From: Sphyrna mokarran
Lineage: Eukaryota
NCBI GenBank assembly: GCA_024679065.1
Contig: JAGIQG010000009.1
Coordinates: 81,096,001 to 81,160,000 of the forward strand
Direction of reading: 5' to 3'
Length of the DNA stretch: 64,000 nucleotides
The position numbers were made by a program, and so were the translations under genes. Positions 1 to 10,185 of the stretch are shown one piece after another (positions within the stretch are counted from its first letter, which is position 1; every line of letters starts with the position of its first letter). The notes below the pieces were generated by a model that was not told the DNA's origin, searched no databases, and saw only the letters and a program-made list of their open reading frames with translations.

Positions 1-52
1 ACTCGTGGATTTCAACCTCTCCAATATTCAGAGAATCACCTCAGTGTGAAAG

Positions 53-262
53 GGCTGGCACGGTGGCACAGTGGTTAACGCTGCTGCCTCACAACGCCAG
101 AGACCCAGGGTCAATTCCAGCATCGGGTCACTGTCTGTGTGGAGTTTGCATGTTCTCCCCATGTTTGTGTGAGTTTCCTCTGGGTGCTCTGGTTTCCTCC
201 CATAGTCCAATGATGTGCAGTTAGGCTGATTGGCCATGCTAAATTTCTCCTTAGTGTCAGAG
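53..262 (+). mobile_element. tRNA-derived V-SINE (HE1-like); other copies ~5490-5815(-), 15083-15375, 28591-28912, 42288-42570, 43700-43850(-), 54424-54640, 57500-57820(-)
   Basis: GGTGGCACAGTGGTTA..GGGTCAATTCC A/B boxes plus the TGTGGAGTTTGCATGTTCTCCCC..GGTTTCCTCCC core. Confidence 0.85.
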
Positions 263-389
263 TGACTAACAAGGTCAAAACAAAGAACAAAGAACAAAAC
301 AGCACAGGAAACAGGCCCTTCGACCCAACGAGCCTGCGCCGCCACATCGATGTTCCCACTTCTCCCTTGATCCCTGTCATCCCTGTTTC

Positions 390-2494
390 TGTTGGACCAA
401 TTCTGTCCCATAGAATGGCAGATGGGATGGAGAGGCTAAATTCATTTTCTTTGAGGACTTTGTGAAATGTTGACAAAATGTACTCACAAATTGACATAGA
501 AAGTCGAGCAGTAATCCACACAGTGAAAAATTTCACCAATATGTCTATAGGCGGCATTTCACCATCGTGTCAGACCATAAGCCATTGTTGGGATTTTTCC
601 AGGACATTAAGCCAGTGCCACCTATTGCCTCTGCCAGGGTGCAGAGATGGGCACTGCTGCTGGCACTAAACAGCTAAACCTTCCAGTATAGGCCCAGGAA
701 CACAGATCTCAAATGCAGATGCATTGAGCTGCCTGCCGCTACCACAGACCATACCGTCACCGCCTGTTCCACAGGAGATAGTATTGACTCTGCATTATTT
801 GGACACCCTGCCTGTCTCAGCAGCCCACATTCAGATGTGGATAGATAGGGAGCTGAAGTTAGCAAAGGACAAGAAAATGGTACTGACCGGGTGGCACTTT
901 GACAAGGCAGAGCAAATGAAGTTGTATTTACATTGCAGGGACCAGATACCCTGTGAAGAGGGGGTGCTATTGTGGGAGAGGTCTGTGTCAGCATGCAACC
1001 CCCTGGGCATGGCCATTGCTCCAAGAGTTACATGATGCCCATCCTGGTCAGAGCAGAATGAAAGTGTTGGCCAGAAGTTATGGTATTGACAGAGACATTG
1101 AACAAATGGTTGGGCAGTGTGAGAGTTGTCCGACTCAGCAAGTGTTACCTCCATCAGTGAACATGCTCCCTTGGTCACGGCTTCATGTCGGTTTTGGACA
1201 GATGTTCCTGGTGTTAGTCGAAGCCCATTCCAAGTGACTGGACAATCAGCTCATGAGACCCATCACATCCTCCATTTACCATCGATAAACTGAGGGAGAT
1301 CTTTGTGATCCATGGTCTTCCTGAAGTGTTGCTATCAGACAACGGAGCAGCATTCACGCTGATGAATTTCAGACTTTGATCAAGTCTAATGACATTGGTC
1401 ATGTCAGGCCAGCCCCCGACCATCCTGCCTCGAATGGGTTGGTGGAGCGAGCCATACTGATGTTGAAGGCTCCATGTGAAGCAAGTTCATGGATTGCTGA
1501 CATTGCGATTGGCCAGTTATTTGCTGTCCTACAACACTACACCTCACACCATCACTGGGGTCATGTCGGGGTCACACCCGCAGAGTTGTTAATGGATCGG
1601 TGCCTGTATACCTGCTGAGATTTATTGTTCCCAAATTTGTCGGGGAGGGTGGAGGCTCAGCGAGCCTCTCAGAAAGGGTATCGTGACTCTCAGAAAGGGG
1701 ACAGATTGTTTAATGATGGCAATCTCATGTTGAGTGGGAATTTGGATGGTGGACCCAGTTGTGGAGAAGACAGGACCAGTCTCATATTTGGGGGAGACAC
1801 AGGGCTGTGGAGTTAAGGAACATATTGGTTACCTACGCAAGAGACTAGAGCAAGCTCCAGGAGATGAGCAATTGGGCCTCGTAACCAGTTTGTGTGTACC
1901 AGCCTCTGAACAAGACAATTCCATGTCCGTTGTGTGGCCAAGGCAGTGTCTGGCTTGGGTGGGTGAGGCAGAGAAAAGGAGCTGCCCAGGGCCTAGCTCC
2001 AGAGATGGTTAGCCCATCCACCCCATCAGTAGATCCTGTATCGATGGCTGCTGAAGTGCCCCTGATAGAGTTGCAGCGTTCCGCAAGGTTCCAGAAATCT
2101 CTGGACCAGCTGACATTATCAACTGTCTTTCCCTGGTGTCCCTCCTGTAATATTGTTGTTTCTCTGCCTGGGTGTTAACTGTTGTACTTTTTGTTTGATC
2201 ACAGGGAGTCCAAGATGTTCCGGGGAAGGAGTGTGTGAACCTGGCCCCTTTAAGGGGCAATCCTTCACAGGCCACATGACCAGACCGGAGCCAAAGGACT
2301 GTGAGGATGTGAACCTGGGCCAATCGGGAGTGAGGGTGATCATTCCTGGGACTGGAGGCTTCAGTTGGAGTCAGGATGTTGTTGGTAATAGATCTGTCTG
2401 CTTGTGTTGTTAAATCCTTCATTGGAAATACTTCTTCTCATCAATAAAGCCTTTAGTGAGTTATTTCCAAATCCAGTCTCCTCCACTTATTACA
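390..2494 (+). mobile_element. Decayed Gypsy-type LTR retrotransposon (RNase H, integrase, probable 3' LTR ~2232-2494)
   Basis: Frameshifted motifs YSQIDIESRAVIHTVKNF (RNase H), HDAHPG..CESC (integrase zinc finger), GLPEVLLSDNG and HPASNGLVERA (integrase core); purine tract GGGGAAGGAG then TG...CA containing AATAAA. Confidence 0.8.
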
Positions 2495-3133
2495 ATCAGC
2501 ATCTCTACCACTTTGGATAGCAACAGTCTCTGATAACATCAAATACACACACTAACTATTCAACTCGAACAGTTTCACCAGCTGCTGTCACCCTCCCTGC
2601 TTCCCTCCATTTATTCTGCATTCTCACCATCTCCCCTCGATTTCTCACTGAATCCTCCAGTTTCCTGGTCTTTCCTCTGTCCAGGTTCACCTGCCCCCTT
2701 CCCCTTGGGATTGTTCCATTGCTTTGTTCCAGAAACTTTCTGGTTGTGGTCAGGCTTCTCTCCACTGCAACCCGAGACATTCGGTCTGGGCTAGTGTCGA
2801 TGTTTAACATTCTGTCCCACCTTGGACTGAATACATAACCAGTGAGGGTCCGACCCACACGATGAGAGTTTGTCACCGTAAAGGAGTCAGGGATCCCGAA
2901 TGCTGCCATATAACCTGTGTGGGATAATTATTCACTGGATTTAGCTGAGAGTTACAGAATATTGGATGTTGTTTTGGATCAAAGGGAAATCTCAATGTTC
3001 AGGAAACAGAGGTGATTGAGAAGAAAGGGGGAGCTTCATGTAATAGTGAGTGTGTCTAGCCCTGAGTTCATGCATTTAGTTAAATGCATTGTCGTGTATT
3101 GTAGAGTTTGTGTGTTTTGTTTTCTTTTTACAT

Positions 3134-4014
3134 GTTGTAGATAGTCTGGAGGGATGTCTGAAGTTGCAGCGAGACATAGATAGGATGCAAGACTGGGCGG
3201 AGAAGTGGCAGATGGACTTCAACGCGGATAAATATGTGGTGGTCTATTTTGGCAGGACCAATGGAATGAAGCAGTATAATATCAAGGGTTGGAGTCTTGG
3301 CAGTGTTGAGGAGTAGAAGGGTCTTGGGGTCCGGGTCCATAGGTCTGTTAAATCTGCCCCACAAGTGGAGGATGTGGTCAAGAAGGCATATGGTGTACTG
3401 GCCTTCATTAATAGAGGAATTGACTTTAGGAGTCAGGACATAATACTGCAACTTTATAAGACCCTTGTTAGACCCCACTTGGAGTATTGTGTGCAGTTCT
3501 GGTCCCCTCATTACAGGAAGGATGTGGAAGTTATTGAGAGGGTGTAGAGGAGATTTACAAGTATGTTGCCTGGATTGGGGGACATGCCTTATGAAGATAG
3601 GTTGAGAGAGCTAGGTCTCTTTTCCCTGGAGAGACGAAGGTTGAGAGACGACCTGATAGAGGTTTATAAGATGTTGAGAGGAATAGATAGAGTGAATTCT
3701 TGGAGGGTATTTCCCAGGGCTGAAATGGTCGCTACGAGAGGACACAGGTTTAAGGTGCGAGGGGTAAGTACAGGAGTGATGTTAGAGGTAAGTTTTTCAC
3801 TCGGGGTGGTGAGTGAATGGATTCGGTTGCCATCAGGGGTGGTAGAGGCGAACTTGCTGGGGTCTTTTAAGAGACTTCTGAATGTGTACATGGAATTTAG
3901 TGGGATTGGGAGTTATAGATAATTCTGTGGCCTGGTAAGTATAAATATGATCGGCACAAGTTATGGGCCGAAGGGCCTGTTTGTGCTGTAGTGATCTATG
4001 TTCTATGTTCTATG
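3134..4014 (+). mobile_element. 5'-truncated CR1 LINE
   Basis: LYKTLVRPHLEYCVQFWSP and LFSLERRRLR motifs; (TTCTATG)n tail; in-frame stops. Confidence 0.9.
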
Positions 4015-4063
4015 AATGAATATTCTGTATTAATTATTCACACAAAGATTCGACTATTTTGGA

Positions 4064-4783
4064 TTCTTAATAGTGTTGACGAACGGAGGGATCTTGGTGT
4101 ATTTGTGCATAGATCCCTGAAAGTAGGCAGTCAAGTCAATAAGGTTGTTAAGAAGGCATACGGAGTCTTAGCTTTTATTGGCAGGGGGATTGAATTTAGG
4201 AGCCGCAACGTCATGTTGCAACTGTACAAAACTCTAGTGCGGCCGCACTTGGAGTATTGTGTGCAGTTCTGGTCCCCACATTATAAGAAAGATGTGGAGG
4301 CATTGGAGAGGGTACAGAGGAGGTTTACCAGGATGTTGCCTGGTATGGAGGGCAGGTCCTATGAAGAGAGGTTGAAGGATTTGATGTTGTTTTCGTTAGA
4401 AAGGAGGCGGCTAAGAGGGGACCTTATTGAAGCATATAAGATGATTAGAGGTTTAGATAGGGTGGACAGTGATAGCCTTTTTCCTAGGATGGAGAAAGCT
4501 AGCACGAGGGGACACAGCTTTAAATTAAGGGGTGATAGTTATAGGATGGATATCAGAGGTAGGTTCTTTACCCAGAGGGTGGTTAGGGAGTGGAATGCCC
4601 TGCCTGCGGCAGTTGTAGATGTGCCACGTTTGGTGGCGTTTAAGAGGTTAGTTGATAAGTTTATGGAAGAGAAGGGAATGGTTTAGCTTGGAGGGTCATT
4701 GCTTTTTTCATAATTGGTCGGCGCAACATTGAAGGCTGAAGGGCCTGTTCTGCGCTGTAATGTTCTATGTTCTATGTTCTATG
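4064..4783 (+). mobile_element. Young 5'-truncated CR1 LINE
   Basis: Open RT C-terminal frame to 4686; (TGTTCTA)n tail. Confidence 0.92.
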
Positions 4784-6104
4784 AATGAATATTCTGTATT
4801 AATTGTTCACACAAAGACTGGACTATTTCTCCCTGGTTCACACACTTTTCTCACAGGATACTAAAGTGAAAATCTACACCACTGAGAACCAGTGTTCCAT
4901 GTTCCCAATCTGAGCTTTGAGATGCTCTCACATTTAACATCAATGTGGGTCTTAACACCTCAAACAACATTCTATTCTCTCAAAAGTAACTCTGGAGACT
5001 GTTGCTGGTGATTTTAAAATGATTCCAGATCCAAATAGTTTTATTGTTGAGCTGCCTTCTTTAACTCTGCTACAAATTGCATCCATTAAACTTTTGGATT
5101 TATATTTTGGGAAGAGACAAACACATTTTAAACTCTTCTTTCAGCACAGAAGCTTTCAGCATTTGGATTTCTGTCAATTGTTCTCAAACCTTCCACAATA
5201 AACGTTTCCTGTTGAGAACAATTTCAGGACCCAAACCTGAGCCTTTAAACTTTGTAAGAATTATAATTGCCACGATCAAAATTACAACTCCCTCTTCCCG
5301 ATGTGTGTAGCTTTGTATCCAGATCAAAAGTCCCACATGTTTATTAACACATTTTCTTTATCTTCAATAAAATCTTTGTATCTCAAAGGTCTCTTGCTGA
5401 AAGGTCAGGTTCTTATTGATCTGTGTGTCCATATCAGATCTCCTGTCCCCAAGTAGAAAATAACAGTGGTCCTGAATGTGTTAAATCATTTTCCACAGAA
5501 TCCCTAATGTGCAGAAGGAGTCCATTTGGCCCATCGAATCTACACCATCAACAATCCCATCCCACGTCCTATTTTTGCGACCCCACACATTAACCTCACT
5601 AATCTCTCTAACCTCCACATCCGGGACACTAAGGGGCAATTTAGCATGGCCAATGAACCTAACCCACACATCTTTGACTGTGGAAGGAATCCGGAGCACC
5701 CAAAGAAAATCCATGCAGACACGGGGAGAATGTGCAAATTCCACAGTGATCCAAACCGGGAATCAAGCCCAGGTCCTGGGAGCTGTTAGACAGCAGTGTT
5801 AACCACTGAACCACCTGGTTCTATACCATGACCATTGTGTGGGAATAAAAATCTTCTTAAAGTTGCTGGCAATGTTGTTCCATTTGTGATTCTCTGGAAA
5901 TAAAAACACAAGTTGCATTCTGCTCAAGGGGGGAATGGATTCAGCAATCTGAAAGTTTAAGCTGTTGTTGTAAAGGGTTCACTCTGGGCCCGATTTTACC
6001 AATCAGAGCTTAAGAGCCGGATGGGCGGAATACAGATCTGAGCCCGGAATTGTCAGTGCAGCGAGCCCATCCGCTTTTTATATATATATTTTGAAATATT
6101 TTCC

Positions 6105-6725
6105 CAAAGAGTGTCAGATTGGAAGATTGAAACGTAACCAACAGAGGAAGTGAAAGAAGCAGCCGAATATTTGTTACTGAGACGGGAACAATTATCTGAA
6201 CATCATTAAACTTTCAGACTCAAAAGAAAAAAAAACACTAGCAGTGGAGGGGGTGGGAGGAATCTTGGAGACTGACACCGACAGGAACAATCTAAACAGC
6301 TGAAACTCCCATTTCCTCAGTCCCTGTCCGTCACTGCTCAGGAACTCCCCGAGGGGAACCCTCTTGCTCTGACACTCTCTCACTCTCTCTCTCGATCCCT
6401 CTCACTGCTTCTGTCTTTCTCTCCTCTCTCTCACTCTCCCTCCTGGTTGAAAGCTTAAATAACTTACAGCAAATTATTTCATTTCCATCTTTCTAATTAT
6501 TTGAAAAATTCACTGAGTGACATTTTGAGTCCCCAATCTAAATTTTTACCTCTCACTCACTATACCTGACACCAGGAAATGGTCAATACTGTTTTACTGT
6601 ACCAGTTCGAGCAGCTGGATGTTTGTTACTGAGACGGGAGGAAATGGTGAACCGTGTTCACTACCTCCAATCTCCCAGCACAGAAGGCACAGTGGGATAC
6701 AGTCAGGAGGGAGTTATCCTGGGAA
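6105..6725 (+). promoter_or_regulatory. Candidate 3' enhancer module (EICE + E-boxes); homologues at ~32845-33455 and ~60198-60798
   Basis: AGAGGAAGTGAAAG with core at 6146-6155, 32886-32895 and 60239-60248; CAGCTG E-boxes nearby. Function is inferred. Confidence 0.5.
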
Positions 6726-7400
6726 TCCTCAACAACATTCCAGACTCCATGTAGTCTCTTGGTACCATGACAAACACAGACAAGGAAACCTCCTCTGGTT
6801 ACCACATACTGTCCCCCCTTCAGCTGATATGTCAGTTCTCCTCCATGTTGAACACCACTTGGAGGAAGCACTGAGGGTGGGAAGGACACAGAATGTACTC
6901 TGGGTGGGGAATTCAATGTCCATCACCAAGAGTGACTCCTTGAGGTTCACCAGGATGTTGCCTGGTATGGAGGGTCTTAGCTATGAGGAGAGATTGGGTA
7001 AACTGGGGTTGTTCTCCCTGGAAAGACGGAGAATGAGGGGAGATCTAATCGAGGTGTACAAAATTATGAAGGATATAGATAAGGTGAACAGTGGAAAGCT
7101 TTTTCCAAGGTCGGAGGTGACGATCACAATGGGTCACAGGCTGAAGGTGAGAGAGACGAGGTATAACTCAAATATCAGAGGGACGTGTTTTACACAGAGG
7201 GTGGGGGTGGCCTGGAATTCACTAACAAGTAGGGTGGTGGAGGTGGACACGCTGGGATTATTTATGACTTACCTGGATCGTCACATGAGCAGACTGGGAA
7301 TGGAAGGATACAAACAAACAGTCCAGTTGGACCAATGAGAGCACAGGCCTGGAGGGCCAAAGGGCCTGTTTCCTTTACAGTGTTGTTTTTTTGTTCTTTG
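6690..7400 (+). mobile_element. LINE endonuclease fragment fused to a CR1 3' fragment (homologues ~33415-34130, ~60760-61475)
   Basis: HVEHHLEEALRV..NVLWVG (AP-endonuclease-like), then RFTRMLPGMEGLSYEERL. Confidence 0.75.
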
Positions 7401-7624
7401 TATTTGAAACTATGGGAGTAGTGAAACCATGTGAGAGGGGAAGGTCAAGGGGGAGGCGGGGAATGTGGGATGGAGAACTGTGATTGTGATGGTTTAATCC
7501 CAGCAACTTTCAGGTTCTTTTCTGTTTTCAATCTTGTCATTCAAGAGATTCCAGATCTAACTCATCATTTTCAAATGATTGATCATTGGATTTGAATCCA
7601 ATCTTCTGCTGATGTATCATTGAT

Positions 7625-7940
7625 GATGATGTGGAGATGTCGGCGTTGGACTGGGGTAAACACAGTAAGAAGTCTCACACCGCCCGGTTAAAGTCCAACA
7701 GGTTTATTTAGTAGCACAAACCACTTGCTTTCGGAGCACTGACCCTTCATCAGGTGAGAGGGAATTCTGTTCACAAAGAGGACCTTTAAAGACAAAATTG
7801 TGATTTCAGCTTATATCTTAATATGCCCTGTTTGTGAACAGAATTCCCACTCACCTGATGAAGGGTCAGCGCTCCGAAAGCGAGTGGTTTGTGCTACTAA
7901 ATAAACCTGTTGGACTTTAACCTGGTGTCAGACGGCTTAC
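7625..7940. mobile_element. Penelope-derived palindromic mini-element
   Basis: ~125-bp inverted arms; left end matches the reverse complement of the PLE 3' end (CCCCAGTCCAACGCCG.CATCTC.ACATC); TGT(A/G)TCATTGAT duplicated at 7613-7624 and 7941-7952. Confidence 0.8.
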
Positions 7941-8162
7941 TGTGTCATTGATTGACAGTCCAAGCAACCAATCAGGACAATCATTTGGTGAAATGCAGCC
8001 AATCAGCTGATGGGGAGGTGGGACATTTCCAAAGCACTCACCAGACATATACTGAATATTCTTCATGTTTATTACCTTTTACACATTGACAGTGACAGAA
8101 AAAAGACTTGAATAAACAGTCCAGCCAGAGGAAGCTGGAGAAATTCACAGGGAGAATGGAGG

Positions 8163-8168
8163 TTTATT
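8163..8168 (-). terminator. Polyadenylation signal of kappa C1 (second candidate at 8068-8073)
   Basis: AATAAA on the minus strand ~380 nt after the stop; conserved in all three units. Confidence 0.7.
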
Positions 8169-8547
8169 AAAACACTTGTGGAGATTTTCTCATGAACATG
8201 AGAATGCTGTCCCTTTAAACAGTGACTAAATCTTCAATTGTAACTGCAGGGTGAGCAGGAAGGAGGTCTGGTTTACTAAAGCAGATACTTCAGAGGGTCA
8301 CATTATTCTTGTACAGCTGACAGTCTTTAGGACTCCCAATAAATGAACAGCACGGGGTTAATACAGAGTAAAGCTCCCTCTACAATATCCCAACAATGTT
8401 CTTTAACCCCTGACCCTCAGAAGTGTCCGAGACCCAGTCCCAGGAAGGAAGAGAATTGTAATTCAATGCTGACAGTGACCTTTATCCTCCCAGCTCACCC
8501 CTGTTCTATTCCAAGTTGTGTCTCCTCTGTGGACTGTCTCTAACACT

Positions 8548-8876
8548 CTAGGCACATTCTGAACTCCTGACACTCTTGCTGAGGGGAGAGGAGAGGCTCA
8601 CGTGGGTGAGGGCACAGGAGAAGCGAGCGTTGGACTCCCAGTCAGAGCCAGAGAGGGTCAGCAGGCTGCTGACGCTGTAGGTGTTGTCCGAAGCTCGCAG
8701 GTAGTTGCTGGTCTGAATCCCGTTGGAAATGGCTGCACCGTCCTTCTTCCACTTCACCTCCACCTCATCGGGATAGAAGTGATTGGCAAGGCACACCAGG
8801 GTGGCAGTGCCCTTGGTCTTGACCTCCTCCGGGGAGGGGGGCAGCAGGGTCAGCGTGGGTTGTGAATTCTCACGGG
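8548..8876 (-). CDS. IGKC: Ig kappa-type light chain constant exon, cluster 1
   Basis: Pyrimidine tract + AG acceptor at 8877-8878. Translates (T)RENSQPTLTLLPPSPEEVKTKGTATLVCLANHFYPDEVEVKWKKDG...YSVSSLLTLSGSDWESNARFSCALTHVSLSSPLSKSVRSSECA-TAG: a C1-set Ig domain with penultimate Cys, closely resembling shark NS4/kappa C as I recall it. Confidence 0.96.
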
Positions 8877-10185
8877 CTGAAAGAGAAGAGAAGGAATTTT
8901 AATCACTGTCATTTTCAGCCTTTCAACATCCCGAATATTAACTGGGATCAAATCAGTGTCAATGTTTGAATGTTGCAGAATTCTGAAAATCCATTCGAGG
9001 GGAACGTTTTTAACCAGTACGGAACAATCCCAACAAGAGAAGGGTCAATTTTAGCAGTTTTAGAGAATGAAACTCAGCATGTGGAAGGTGTATCAGTGAG
9101 AGAGCATTTGGGTAATAATGATCATAATAGATTTAGAGTAGCTCCGGAAAAGGGGAAAGATCGATCAAGAGTAAACGTTTTAAATGGGAAAAGGCCAATT
9201 TCACTAAACTGGAATTTGCCAAAATGGAAAGGAAACAGTGACTTGAAGGTAAATCAGTGTCAGAGCAGTGGGAGGATATTCGAGCTGGAGATAGAGTTCA
9301 GGACATATATGTTCATCAAGCAATAGTGTGGGACATTGCAAAGAGAATAACTAAGGATTAAATAGGGCTGATTAGAGAGCAAAAAGGTAACTTGTGTGTG
9401 GAGGGAGAAGACAAGGAGATGTTCTTAATGAATAATTTACTTTGGATATCACAAATGAGAGGGTCAAAGCTGACATTGTAGTTCAGGCAGAGATGGATTG
9501 TGAAAAATTAATTGGATAATGATAGTGTGGGAGGAGATATTAATGTGATTATCATCTTTTGAAGTGGAGAAATTCCCAGTGCTGGGTGAAATGTATCCGA
9601 GGATGCGAAGTGAAGCAAGGAAAGAAGTAGCAGAGACTGGCCATTATTTTCAATCCCCTCTGGCTGTAGATGTTGGTGTGGGTGGATTGGAGGACAGATA
9701 ACGGGCATTTAAAATTAAAAGCTGTTGCAATCCAAGGGAAAGTGGCACATTCAATATCAAATTAGTTCAGTATCTGAGAGTAAAGGTTTAATCTGAAACT
9801 GGTAAAATCGTTTTGCAATGTTACTAAAACATTTGTAAAGCAAATTCAGCACTGAAATGGTTAATTTTGAGAGTATTTAAAGACACAGTGTTCCTTTAAG
9901 AGACTGTTAACCAATCAGGAAGCTGGAACTATTGCTCAGTCTGTCTGGGGGAAACAGGTTGACCATCAACAAACCTCAGATCACACACAGATCAGGAGAA
10001 CTTTATCCCAGAACATTGGAGCAGACTTGGATCAACACACTTCACACAGGATTCCCATTGGCTGGTGTAGAAACTTCTAGATTTCATTTCAAACCTTACT
10101 GTCCAGCACTGGGCTGAGGTCAAGGGTGAGGCTAGAATTAGTCTCAGTGTCCAGGGGTCAGACAGGGTCACTGCTCTGAATGAAA

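Noticed and set aside
53-125. tRNA gene
   Set aside because: A/B boxes are followed by the V-SINE core and many degenerate copies exist, so this is a SINE head.
6619-7338. 239-aa ORF repeated at 33348/33496 and 60692
   Set aside because: Chimera of non-coding module, LINE endonuclease and CR1 RT fragments; frameshifted in unit 2.
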